DNA of 64,000 nucleotides from Candidatus Palauibacter sp. Its GTDB lineage: Bacteria > Gemmatimonadota > Gemmatimonadetes > Palauibacterales > Palauibacteraceae. The position numbers and the translations under genes are program-made. The number at the start of each line of letters is the position of its first letter. Within the stretch, counting starts at the first letter, position 1. Under the pieces are notes generated by a model, which worked only from the letters and a program-made list of their open reading frames with translations, had not been told where the DNA came from and ran no database searches. Below, in pieces: positions 36,954 through 47,263 of this stretch. The stretch covers positions 2,637,389-2,701,388 of the forward strand of contig NZ_CBDBZT010000003.1 in the NCBI RefSeq assembly GCF_965213655.1, given 5' to 3'.

Positions 36954-37241
36954 ATGGCCGAAGAACACAGAGTGCCGGGCGAGAACCTCGTCCGGAAGAT
37001 CAAGGAGATCATCCGCGAGGGGAATGTTCGCCGTCTCACGATCCGGAACGAGGACGGCAAGGAACTCATCGAGGTGCCGCTCTCCATCGGTGTCGTGGGC
37101 ACGCTGATGCTGCCCGCCTGGGCGGCGATCGGCGCCATCGCAGCGCTCGTCACGAACTGCTCCATCGTCGTGGAGCGCGACGGCGCCGAGGGGGAAGGGG
37201 ACCGGCACCCGGTACCCACAGACAGCGAAGACAGCGAATAG
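36954..37241 (+). CDS. DUF4342 domain protein
   Basis: IKEIIREGNVRRLTIRNEDGKELIEVPLSIGVVGTLMLPAWAAIGAIAALVTNCSIVVER matches the DUF4342 pattern. Confidence 0.75.
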   Translation: MAEEHRVPGENLVRKIKEIIREGNVRRLTIRNEDGKELIEVPLSIGVVGTLMLPAWAAIGAIAALVTNCSIVVERDGAEGEGDRHPVPTDSEDSE

Positions 37242-37332
37242 AGCGGAGGGGCCGCCGCCGGAGACGCGGCGTCTGGCGTCCCCGGCACGCAACGCGTCGA
37301 TTTGACGGCCTACTCGAATAGAGGCATCGCTC

Positions 37333-40194
37333 ATGTCCAATCCCCGTCAGATCCGCCGCTTCCGGTTCGTCGCCCTCGGCTTCGCCACGGTCCTCGCCGC
37401 CTGCTCCACCGGTGGCGGCGGCTTTACGATCGACTACGAGAAGTACGAACTGCCCAACGGGCTCGACGTGGTCCTGCACGTGGATCGCTCCGATCCGATC
37501 GCCGCCGTCGCGATGACCTTCCACGTCGGCTCGTCACGTGAGGTCCCCGGCAAGACCGGCTTCGCGCATCTCTTCGAGCACCTCTTCTTCCTCGATTCCG
37601 AGAACCTCGGCCCCGGCGGCCTCGACCGTCTCATGACGCGCGTGGGAAGCTCGACGAACGGATCCACGAGCCGCGACCGAACGAACTACTTCGAGGTCGT
37701 GCCGAGCGACGCGCTCGAGAAGGCGCTGTGGGCGGAGGCGGACAAGCTCGGCTTCTTCATCAACACCGTGACCGAGGACGTCGTCGCGAAGGAAAAGCAG
37801 GTCGTCAAGAACGAGAAGCGCCAGTCGGTCGACAACCGCCCCTACGGCCACTCGAGCTTCGTCCTCGACCAAGCAATGTATCCCGAGGGACACCCGTACC
37901 GGTGGCAGGTCATCGGCTCGCTGGAGGATCTCGACGGCGCGACGCTCGCCGACACGAAGGACTTCCACTCGAAGTGGTACGGGCCGAACAACGCCACCCT
38001 CGTCGTCGCCGGCGACATCGATGTAGCGCGGACGAAGGAATGGATCGAGCGCTACTTCGGCGAGATCCCGTCGCGACCCATGCCGGACCGCGCGCCGCTC
38101 CCCGACGTCACGCTGGAGGATGCGGAGCGGTTCGTGCACGAAGACAACTTCGCGCAGCTTCCGCAGCTCACGCTCGCGTGGCCCACCGTCCCTCTCTATC
38201 ACCCGGACGCCTACCCGCTCTCGCTGCTCGCCACGCTCCTGACGGACGGGAAGACCGCGCCCTTCTACGAGGTGATCGTGGAAGAGGAGAAGCTCGCGCC
38301 CTCGGCGAACATGTTCGCCTTCCATCAGGAACTCGCCGGCCAGATGCGGCTCACGATCCGCGCCTTCCGCGATACCGACCTCGATGCGGTGCACGCGGGG
38401 GTGGACCAGGCCTTCGCGCGCTTCGAGGAGGAGGGCGTGCCGGCCGCGGATCTGGAGCGCGTGAAGGCGGGGTACGAGACCTCCTTCTACGGCGGGCTCT
38501 CCAGCGTGCTGGGCAAGGCGTTCCAGCTCGCCCAGTACAACATCTTCGCGGGCGATCCCGGATATGTCGCGGAGGATATCGAACGCATTCTCGCGGTGAC
38601 GGAGGCTGATGTCCTGCGCGTGTACGAGACGTATCTCGCGGGTCGGCCTTCCATCGCGAGCAGCTTCGTCCCGCGCGGACGGCCGGAGCTGGCGCTCGAG
38701 GGCTCGGTCCGAGCCACGGTGGTGGAGGAACCCATCGTTCTCGGCGCCGAGGCGCCGGTCGCGATCGACGACCGGAGCGATATTCCGCGCACCCCATCGG
38801 AGATCGACCGCTCGGTGGAGCCCGGGTTCGGGCCGCCCCCCAGCCTCTCGGCACCGACCGTGTTCACGGAGTCACTGACCAACGGGGTCTCCGTGAAGGG
38901 GATCGAAGACCGGGAGACCCCGCTGGTCCAGTTCGAACTGCGGCTGGCCGGCGGGCTCCTGCTCGAAGATCCGGCCCGCGTCGGCGCGGCGAACCTCCTC
39001 GCGCAGATCATGACAGAGGGGACCGCGAGCCGCACGCCGGAGGAACTGGAGTAGGCGATCGACGCCCTCGGCGCTTCGATCTCCGTCTCATCGGGCCGTG
39101 AGAGCTTCGTCATCCGGGGGTCGAGTCTGAACCGCAACTTTCCGGAGATGATGGCGCTCGTCGAGGAGATCCTCCTCGAGCCCCGCTTCGACCCCGAGGA
39201 GTTCGATCTCGCCCGCGACCGCGTTCGGAACCAGCTGCGTCAGGCCTCGTCGTCTCCCGTCTCGATCGCGGGTGACGTCATGACTCGGCTCCTCTATGGA
39301 GACCACATCCTGGGCAGCAACGCCCGCGGTAGCGTGGAGGGGGTCGAAGCCCTGACGCTCGATGACGCGCGGGAGTACTACGAGCGCGTGCTGACGCCGG
39401 GCCGGGCGTCCGTGCACGTCGCCGGTGCGGTGGCCCCGGGGGAAGTTCTGGCGGCGCTGGAAGGGATCGGCGCCCGCTGGGGCGGCGAGGCGCCCGCGTT
39501 GCCGGACGCCCCGGAGGCCCAGGCCGCGGCGCCGGGACTCTATTTCGTCGATGTACCGAACGCGAGCCAGTCCGTCCTTCAGGTGGGGTACCTCGCGCTC
39601 GCCGAGACGGACCCGGAGTTCTGGCCGGCCCAGATTGCGAACTTCCGGCTCGGAGGAGGCGGCTTCGCGTCGGACCTCACGCAGATCCTGCGTGAGGGGA
39701 AGGGCTACACCTACGGGGCCGGCTCCGGGTTCCGGGGCACGAATCTGCGGGGTCCCTTCCTCATCTCATCCTCCGTGCGCTCCAACGTGACGTACGAATC
39801 GCTCGAGATCATCCGCGATCTGCTGGACAGCTACGGGCCCGAGTTCGACGAAGAGGACCTTGCGGCCACGAAGAGCTTCCTCCTCAAGACCAACGCGCGG
39901 GCGTTCGAGACGCTCGGGAACAAGCTCGGCATCCTGGCCGACATGAGCGCGTACGGCTTCCCGCCGGACTACCTGCTGCGGCGCGAGGGCGTGGTTCAGG
40001 AGATGACGGTCGAACGGATCCGCGAAATCGCGGACGCTCACCTGGACCGCGGGCGTTTCATCTGGCTCGTGGTCGGCGACGCCGCCACGCAACTGGACCG
40101 GCTGTCCGCGCTCGGCATCGGCGAGCCCGTTCTCCTCGATCGCTCCGCCGCTCCCGCCGCAGCGCCGGGAGCGGGAGGCGGAGATGGGCAATGA
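37333..40194 (+). pseudogene. Two-domain M16 family zinc peptidase (lipoprotein) interrupted by a single in-frame TAG at 39052-39054
   Basis: HLFEH zinc motif (GFAHLFEHLFF); lipobox LAACS; ORFs 37333..39054 and 39148..40194 share one frame and continue as ...TPEELE*AIDALGASISVS...; total 953 codons, like the intact paralogue at 5312..8065. Confidence 0.7.
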
Positions 40195-41878
40195 GCGCGG
40201 TACGTGGCGGGGAGTGCCCGTTCGTGAGGCCGTCTGCGGGGGTCTGCTGATGCTCTCCGGGGCGTGCGCGCCGGACGCCGCGCCCCCCGCGGAGGCGGTG
40301 CGGGGGATCGAGGACGCCGGGCTGCGGGAGCACATCGCGGTCCTCGCCTCGGACGAGTTCGAGGGGCGTGCCCCCGTCTCCCGCGGCGAGGAACTGACGA
40401 TCGCGTATATCTCCGAGGCGTTCGAGGCTGCGGGGCTCGAGCCCGGGAACGCCGGGGCCTGGCTGCAGGAGGTTCCCCTGGTGTCGATCACCGCCGACCC
40501 CGGGATGCGGCTCGCCATCGCCGGAGAAGGGCGCGACACGCCGCACGAGTACGGCACGGAGATGATGGCTTGGACGAAGCGCGTCATCGACCGCAGCGGG
40601 CTGCAGAGTTCCGAGCTGGTCTTTGTCGGGTACGGCGTCGTGGCGCCCGAGTACGGTTGGGACGACTACGCCGGGATCGACGTGACCGGGAAGACGGTCG
40701 TCATGCTGGTGAACGATCCGGGCTACGCGACGGGCGACCCCGCGCGCTTCAACGGCCGGGCGATGACGTACTACGGCCGGTGGACGTACAAGTTCGAGGA
40801 GGCCGGTCGGCAGGGGGCGGCCGGAGCTTTCATCATCCACGAGACGGAGGCGGCGGGCTACCCGTGGGAGGTCGTCACCAGCAGTTGGTCCGGCCCGCAG
40901 TTCACCCTCGTCGCCGAGGACGCGAACCTGTCGCGGCCCGCCGTCGAGGGCTGGCTGACGCACGATGCCGCGGCGGTGCTGTTCGAGCGCGCGGGGCTTG
41001 ACCTCGCAGCCCTGCGTTCCGACGCGGCAAGAGAAGATTTCCGGGCGGTATCCCTGGGGCTGACCGCGAGTCTGGAGATCCGCAACACCATCGAGCGCTC
41101 GACATCGCACAACGTCGTCGGCCGGCTCGCGGGATCGCACCGCGCGGATGAAGCGGTCGTCTACATGGCGCACTGGGACCATCTCGGGAAGGACGAGACG
41201 CTGGACGGCGACCGCATCTACAACGGGGCACTCGACAACGCGACCGGCGTCGCGGGCCTCATCGAGATCGCCGCGGCCTTCGGCGGCCTCGAGCGCCCGC
41301 CCGCCCGCACCATCCTGTTCCTCGCCGTCACCGCCGAGGAACAGGGCCTCCTCGGTTCGGACCACTACGGCGAACGGCCGGTCCATCCGCTCGACCGGAC
41401 GATTGCGGCCATCAACATGGACGGCCTGAACACGGCGGGGCCGATGAACGACATCACGGTGGTCGGTCTCCGCAACTCCGATCTGGACGTGTACCTTGAA
41501 GCGGTCGTCTCGGCGGCAGATCGCGTGATACGCGCGGACCCGGAGCCCGAAAAGGGCTTTTTCTATCGCTCCGATCACTTCAACTTTGCGAAGCGGGGCG
41601 TGCCGGCCCTGTACACCGACGCCGGAATCGACCATGTAACTGAAGGGGAGACGTACGGTCGCCGGATGCGCGAGGAGTACACGGCGGAACGGTATCACAA
41701 GCCGACGGACGAGTACGATCCGTCCTGGGACCTGAACGGCGCCGTGGACGACTTGAGGCTGTTGTTCGAGATGGGCTACCGGCTGGCCCAGGGTGCCGAG
41801 TGGCCCAACTGGCGCGAGGGGAACGAGTTTCGTGCCGCACGTGAGCGAATGATGGAAGGAGCGGGTGGGGGCGACTGA
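40184..41878 (+). CDS. M28 family zinc aminopeptidase with PA domain
   Basis: SHNVVGRL, AHWDH, GALDNATGVAGLIEIA, SDHFNF motifs; signal/lipoprotein N-terminus. Confidence 0.85.
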   Translation: MGNERGTWRGVPVREAVCGGLLMLSGACAPDAAPPAEAVRGIEDAGLREHIAVLASDEFEGRAPVSRGEELTIAYISEAFEAAGLEPGNAGAWLQEVPLVSITADPGMRLAIAGEGRDTPHEYGTEMMAWTKRVIDRSGLQSSELVFVGYGVVAPEYGWDDYAGIDVTGKTVVMLVNDPGYATGDPARFNGRAMTYYGRWTYKFEEAGRQGAAGAFIIHETEAAGYPWEVVTSSWSGPQFTLVAEDANLSRPAVEGWLTHDAAAVLFERAGLDLAALRSDAAREDFRAVSLGLTASLEIRNTIERSTSHNVVGRLAGSHRADEAVVYMAHWDHLGKDETLDGDRIYNGALDNATGVAGLIEIAAAFGGLERPPARTILFLAVTAEEQGLLGSDHYGERPVHPLDRTIAAINMDGLNTAGPMNDITVVGLRNSDLDVYLEAVVSAADRVIRADPEPEKGFFYRSDHFNFAKRGVPALYTDAGIDHVTEGETYGRRMREEYTAERYHKPTDEYDPSWDLNGAVDDLRLLFEMGYRLAQGAEWPNWREGNEFRAARERMMEGAGGGD

Positions 41879-41912
41879 CCCCGGCCGCGGCATTCAACGA
41901 ACCGGAGGATCC

Positions 41913-42371
41913 ATGAAGAAGCGTCTGTTCATGTTGTTTGTGCCGATGGTCGTCGCCACGCTTGTCGCGGGCTGCGGCGGTGACGACACGATGGAACCGG
42001 AGCCGCCCGCCGAGGGGCCGCCCAACCTGACCGGGACGTATACGCTCGTCTCCCTCTCGTCTCCGCTCACGGGCGGACTCACGGTGACGCCACCGCTCGT
42101 CAACGGGATGTTCACGTTGACCCAGACATCCACCAGCGGCGATGAGGCGAGCGGCACCCTGAGCCTCAACCTCATGTATCCGGATGGAGCCGGCGGCTTG
42201 GCGACCCTGATGGATGAGGGCACCTTCGTGATTCGGACCGACGGATCATGGGAGCAGACCGGGGCCCTTCAGCAGGCCGTGGGTACCTATTCGGTCGCGG
42301 GCACCGCGCTCACCGTGGTGGTCTCGCAGCCCCCCACCGCCGCGGGGACAACCGTTTGGCAGCGGCAGTAG
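41913..42371 (+). CDS. Hypothetical lipoprotein
   Basis: GGAGGAT SD; MKKRLFMLFVPMVVATLVAGCGG lipobox. Confidence 0.6.
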   Translation: MKKRLFMLFVPMVVATLVAGCGGDDTMEPEPPAEGPPNLTGTYTLVSLSSPLTGGLTVTPPLVNGMFTLTQTSTSGDEASGTLSLNLMYPDGAGGLATLMDEGTFVIRTDGSWEQTGALQQAVGTYSVAGTALTVVVSQPPTAAGTTVWQRQ

Positions 42372-44578
42372 CGGTCGGTATCCGCCGACGTCTCACGGCA
42401 GGCGCCGCGCTCGTCTTCTTCTACACGCGCGCGGTGTTCGCCTCCTTCTACGCGCGGGCGGCGCTCGCCTCCTTCTACGCGAGCGCCCCGCTCGCCGCCC
42501 AGGCTCAGGACGAATTCGTGCGAGGCCGCGTCCTGGACGCGGAGACGGGCGCCCCGCTCGCGGGGGCCACCGTCTTCATCCGAAACACCCCGTTGACGGC
42601 GACGACGAGGGCCGACGGCGGCTTCGCGATCGTCTCACCGTCCGATGGCCCGTACACGCTCGTCGTGGTCGCGGACGGCTTTCGGGTTGCTGAACGGGAA
42701 CTGCAGGCCGATCCCTCGGGCGAAATCCGTTTCGTGCTGGACCGCCGGATGTTCGACGTTCCAGAGTTGACCGTGACCGCGAACCGCTCCGCGGCCCGCC
42801 CGGGGGAGGCTCCGGTGAGCGTCGCGGTCATGAGCGGCGACGAACTCGACACGCGCAACATCGTGACCCTTGACGAAGCGCTCCCCTTCGCGCAGGGGGT
42901 GATCTTCAACTCCGGCCAGATGGACATCCGCGGCGCCACCGGACTGGCGCGAGGGGTCGGAAGCCGCGTCCTCATGCTCCTCGACGGCCACCGCGTCCTC
43001 TCGGGCGTCGGCGCCTCGATCGATTTCAGCGGTCTCCCCGTCCTGGACGTGGACCAGATCGAGATCGTGAAGGGCCCGCATTCCACGCTGTGGGGGACGA
43101 ACGCCCTGGGCGGCGTCGTGAACGTGATCACGAAACGTCCACCGGCCGAGCCCCAGACCATCGTGCGCGGGTACTTCGGCCTCTACGACACTCCGGCCCG
43201 ACATTCGTTCACGGAGGAGAGGCTGAGCAGGGAAGGGATCGCGCTCCAGCATTCCCGCCGCCTCGGCGATGTCGGCACCACGCTGTACCTGGCGCGTGAG
43301 GAATCGGACGGGTTCCGGCAGAACGGCGCGCTCGAGCGCTGGCGGCTGCGGTTCAAGACCGTATTCCCGGCGGAGTCCTCCAATCCCTGGGAGATCTTCG
43401 TCAACTGGACGCGCAGGGATGAGGAGGAATTCTTCACGTGGCTGTCGGCGGACCGACCGCTGGAGGTCGATCCGGCCGAACTCGGCGACTGGATCCAGAC
43501 GGACGACGTCGTCCTCGGCGTGACGGCCAATCCGATCGTCACGCCGAAGCACCGCGTGCAGGTGCGGCCGCACGTCTATCACGCGCGGGGCCAGAACTAT
43601 TTCCACGACAACGAGGATTTCCACCGCTCAACGAGGGTCGGTACCGATATTCAGTGGTCCCTCTTCCCGAACCGGTCGCATTCGCTGACGATCGGTGGAG
43701 AAGGCGCCCTGACTGGCGTGAGCTCCAATTTCCTCGACCCGACGCCCGAGGTGACGGACCTCGCGGTGTTCGCACAGGACGAGATCACTTTCTCGGACCG
43801 GGTTCGCGGCTCGGTGGGCGTGAGGCTGGACTACCACGAGGCCACGGCGGCGATGAAGGATGTCGTGCTCAACCCGAAGCTCGGCGTCGTCTACCAGGCG
43901 AGCGAACGGGTGAGCCTCCGAGGATCCTTCAGCCGAGGCTACAGGTCGCCCAGCGTGTCCGAGCAGTTCACGTCGACGACGCAGTTCGGCTTCCGCGTCG
44001 TCCCGAATCTCGAGTTGAGGGGAGAGTCCGCCTGGGCGCGCGAGATCGGGACGACGGTGAACCTCAGCGACCGGGTCTGGTTCGACGCGGGGTTGTTCTG
44101 GAGCGACTACACCGATCTCATCGAGCCCACTGCGGCCCCGGACCAGTTCTTCACCTTCCAGTTCCGCAACGTCTCGGAAGCGATGGTGCGGGGAGTGGAC
44201 GCGGGCCTGCGGGTCGGCGTGATACCGAATCGGCTGGACCTCAACACGAGCTACACGTTCCTCGACACCGAGGACCATGTGACCGGACGCGAGCTCCCCT
44301 ACCGGTCGCGGCACAATTTCACCGCGACGGCCTCCGGCTGGAGGGGCGCGGTCGCCGTCGACTTCCGCTACCGGAGCCGGGTGGAGCAGGTGCTCGCCTT
44401 CCCGCTCGACGAGCGTAACGGGATCACCCTCGTCGACCTTCGCGTGGGCGGCCGGATTCTGGGGACCCGCGTACAGGCGAAGATCGAGAATCTGCTCCAG
44501 ACGACGTACGTGGATGTCCAGGAGCGGAGTCCGGGACAGAGCCGAAGCTTCCGCCTCACCGTAACCCCCCGCTTCTAG
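42353..44578 (+). CDS. TonB-dependent receptor with CarboxypepD_reg-like N-terminal domain
   Basis: VRGRVLDAETGAPLAGATVFI (CarbopepD_reg), plug motifs (IEIVKGPHSTLWGTNALGGVVNV), C-terminal ...TPRF; start uncertain (TTG about 42353). Confidence 0.8.
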   Translation, partial: RLAAAVAVGIRRRLTAGAALVFFYTRAVFASFYARAALASFYASAPLAAQAQDEFVRGRVLDAETGAPLAGATVFIRNTPLTATTRADGGFAIVSPSDGPYTLVVVADGFRVAERELQADPSGEIRFVLDRRMFDVPELTVTANRSAARPGEAPVSVAVMSGDELDTRNIVTLDEALPFAQGVIFNSGQMDIRGATGLARGVGSRVLMLLDGHRVLSGVGASIDFSGLPVLDVDQIEIVKGPHSTLWGTNALGGVVNVITKRPPAEPQTIVRGYFGLYDTPARHSFTEERLSREGIALQHSRRLGDVGTTLYLAREESDGFRQNGALERWRLRFKTVFPAESSNPWEIFVNWTRRDEEEFFTWLSADRPLEVDPAELGDWIQTDDVVLGVTANPIVTPKHRVQVRPHVYHARGQNYFHDNEDFHRSTRVGTDIQWSLFPNRSHSLTIGGEGALTGVSSNFLDPTPEVTDLAVFAQDEITFSDRVRGSVGVRLDYHEATAAMKDVVLNPKLGVVYQASERVSLRGSFSRGYRSPSVSEQFTSTTQFGFRVVPNLELRGESAWAREIGTTVNLSDRVWFDAGLFWSDYTDLIEPTAAPDQFFTFQFRNVSEAMVRGVDAGLRVGVIPNRLDLNTSYTFLDTEDHVTGRELPYRSRHNFTATASGWRGAVAVDFRYRSRVEQVLAFPLDERNGITLVDLRVGGRILGTRVQAKIENLLQTTYVDVQERSPGQSRSFRLTVTPRF
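42381..42480 (+). repeat. Three imperfect about 27-nt tandem nucleotide repeats within the receptor signal-peptide coding region
   Basis: Encodes LVFFYTRAV / FASFYARAA / LASFYASAP. Confidence 0.5.
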
Positions 44579-44585
44579 AACGCCC

Positions 44586-46751
44586 TTGATTCGCCGCAAG
44601 CCGGGTGCCCGGCTGCCGGCCGGCGCACTGCTCGCCGTCTGCGCGGTGGCGGCCTGCGAGACTTCGCCGCCGGGACACGCCGCCGGAGCTGTCGACCGTG
44701 ACCGGCTGCTTGCGACGGATACGGTCCCCGCCGAGTGGCTCACTTCCGGCCGCGACTTCGGGGAAACCCGCTATTCCCCGCTCGGGCGCATTCACGTCAT
44801 GAACGCGGCCGCTGTGGGTCTCGCCTGGGAGTACGAGTGGCGGTCGCACGTCGGCTCCGTGCATTGGGGGCTGGAGGCCACGCCCGTCGTTGTCGACGGC
44901 GTCATGTACTCGCCCGGACCGTGGGGCAGCGTCGCGGCGCTCGACGCGGCGACGGGAGAACTCGTGTGGCGCTACGATCCGCAGGTAGACCCAAGCTATA
45001 CCAGAAAGGGTTGCTGCGGTCCCATCAATCGCGGCCTGGAGGTGTGGGAGGGGCGCGTCTACATCGGCACCTTCGACGGCTGGCTGGTCGCGCTCGACGC
45101 GACAACGGGCGAGGAGATCTGGCGCGCCGACACCTTCATCGACCGGTCGCTCTCCTACACGAGCACCGGCTCGCCGCAGATCGCCGGCGATGTCGTCGTC
45201 CTGGGCAACGCCGGCGGGGACTTCGGCGTGCGCGGGTACATCACCGCCTACGACCTCGAGACGGGCGAGGAGGCGTGGCGCTTCTTCACGGTGCCCGCCG
45301 ATCCTGCGCACGGCTTCGAACACCCGGAGATGGAGGTGGCCGCGGCGACATGGGACCCGGACGCGGCCTGGGAGGGAGGCCTCGGGGGCACCGTCTGGGG
45401 GGAGATGGCCTACGACCCCGTGCTCGATCTGCTGTACGTGGGCACGGGAAACTCCTACCCCTATCCGATCTGGCACCGGAGCCCGGCGGGGGGCGACAAC
45501 CTCTACCTCGTCTCCATCCTCGCGATCGATCCGAAGACCGGACGCCTCGTCTGGCACTACCAGACCGTGCCGGGGGAGATCTGGGACTACACCGCGACGC
45601 AGAACATCATCCTGAGCACGCTCATGATCGGCGGTGAGCCGCGCGAGGTCCTGCTCCAGGCCCCCAAGAACGGCTTCTTCTACGTGCTCGACCGCGCCAC
45701 GGGCGAACTGTTGCAGGCGGAGAACTTCGTGACGGTCACCTGGGCGCACGGGATCGATCTCGAGACGGGTCGACCGATCCCGAACTCCGCCGCGGACTAC
45801 CGCGACGAGCCGCGAGTCGTCTTCCCCTCCTCCGCGGGCGGACACAATTGGCAGCCGATGTCGTTCAATCCCGAGACGGGCATCGCCTACATCCCCGCCC
45901 GCGAACAGGCCATGCTGTGGCGTTCGCTGGACGAGTTCGACCATCGCCCCCAGGTCGCATACGAAGGCTTCACGGCCTCCTGGCCTCCGTTCCCGGAGGA
46001 GTTCGCGCACCTCGCCGAGGGGCTCCCGGACATCGGACCGAACGAGTTTCTCCTCGCGTGGGACGCCGCCGCGGGCCGCGAGTTGTGGCGTGTTCCGCGG
46101 GGCAGCATGTGGAACGGCGGCACGCTCGTGACGGGCGGCAACCTCGTCATCCAGGGCACGGCCACGGGTACGCTCGACTTCCAGCAGGCCGACACCGGCG
46201 ACCGCATCCACAGCATCCATCTCGGCAGCGGCGTAATGGCGGGGCCCATGACGTACGAGGTCGACGGCGTGCAGTACATCGCGGTCATGGCCGGCTACGG
46301 CGGGCCGCGGGGGTCGGCCTATCCGCTCGGCTCGGCGCCGTACGACTACGAGAGCACGGGACGCCTGCTCGTGTTCCGGCTCGACGGTGGGGAGGTGCCG
46401 CTACCTCCCGCGCAGATCACGCCCGCGACGCCGGAACCGCCGGATCTCGCGCTCGACGCGGCTCGCGTCCAACTGGGAGCGGAACTCTTCGGCGTCCACT
46501 GCAGCATCTGCCACCGGGCCTCGGACGAGCACCTCTCCGCCTATCCCGATCTCCGCAGGATGGATGGCGGCGCGTGGGAGAGCTTCGACGCCGTGGTCCT
46601 GGGTGGCGCGCTGGCCGCCAACGGCATGGCCGCTTTCGGCGACCTCCTCTCGATGGAGGACGCGACCGCGATCCGGCACTTCCTCACGAGCGAGCAGCGG
46701 CGCCTGTGGGAGTCGGAGTCGGCCGCCGGCGCGGCCCCGGAAGGCCGCTGA
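44586..46751 (+). CDS. PQQ-dependent quinohemoprotein alcohol dehydrogenase (type II, with C-terminal cytochrome c domain)
   Basis: PQQ beta-propeller W-motifs; CC disulfide (KGCCGP); C-terminal CSICH heme-binding CxxCH. Confidence 0.85.
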   Translation: MIRRKPGARLPAGALLAVCAVAACETSPPGHAAGAVDRDRLLATDTVPAEWLTSGRDFGETRYSPLGRIHVMNAAAVGLAWEYEWRSHVGSVHWGLEATPVVVDGVMYSPGPWGSVAALDAATGELVWRYDPQVDPSYTRKGCCGPINRGLEVWEGRVYIGTFDGWLVALDATTGEEIWRADTFIDRSLSYTSTGSPQIAGDVVVLGNAGGDFGVRGYITAYDLETGEEAWRFFTVPADPAHGFEHPEMEVAAATWDPDAAWEGGLGGTVWGEMAYDPVLDLLYVGTGNSYPYPIWHRSPAGGDNLYLVSILAIDPKTGRLVWHYQTVPGEIWDYTATQNIILSTLMIGGEPREVLLQAPKNGFFYVLDRATGELLQAENFVTVTWAHGIDLETGRPIPNSAADYRDEPRVVFPSSAGGHNWQPMSFNPETGIAYIPAREQAMLWRSLDEFDHRPQVAYEGFTASWPPFPEEFAHLAEGLPDIGPNEFLLAWDAAAGRELWRVPRGSMWNGGTLVTGGNLVIQGTATGTLDFQQADTGDRIHSIHLGSGVMAGPMTYEVDGVQYIAVMAGYGGPRGSAYPLGSAPYDYESTGRLLVFRLDGGEVPLPPAQITPATPEPPDLALDAARVQLGAELFGVHCSICHRASDEHLSAYPDLRRMDGGAWESFDAVVLGGALAANGMAAFGDLLSMEDATAIRHFLTSEQRRLWESESAAGAAPEGR

Positions 46752-46754
46752 CGC

Positions 46755-47171
46755 TCAACTCCCGGGCGGCGGCACTCGCTGTTCGGCCGGCGAGACCTCC
46801 AGTTCCACCGTTCGCTTCAGATCCCGGTTGATGAAGATCGGAAACGTGTACCCGCCGAACTTCTGAAACGTCAGGTTGTTGATGCCCACGACGTGATTGA
46901 AGGTGGCCGCCTTCCCCGGCGGGGCCTGGACGGAGAACCCGCCCGTCACCTTGAACAGTTCCTGTCCATCCTCGTCCATGCACCGGATTTCCAGTTCGTG
47001 CTGCCGGTCGGTTTCGGACGGCTCCGCCCGGATCCTGAGGACCAGTTGCATGGACGGATGGGCCACCGGCATGGCTCCGGCGTAGAGCGTGTCGAACAGG
47101 CCCATGAGGTTGAGCTTGCCGTCGCTCGACGTATTGGCGGCGTCGGCCAGTGTGGCCAGCACGATTTCCAT
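46755..47171 (-). CDS. Hypothetical protein (138 aa)
   Basis: GGAGAA SD; GC3-rich; last gene of the minus-strand symporter cluster. Confidence 0.5.
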   Translation of the reverse strand: MEIVLATLADAANTSSDGKLNLMGLFDTLYAGAMPVAHPSMQLVLRIRAEPSETDRQHELEIRCMDEDGQELFKVTGGFSVQAPPGKAATFNHVVGINNLTFQKFGGYTFPIFINRDLKRTVELEVSPAEQRVPPPGS

Positions 47172-47263
47172 TCGGCGGTTCTCCAGGGGGAGTACAGGTG
47201 CAAGTGGTCTGAGTAGGCTCGAAGTGTAACGGTTGGGGCGTCGTGGCGAATCCGGAAAGGGCG

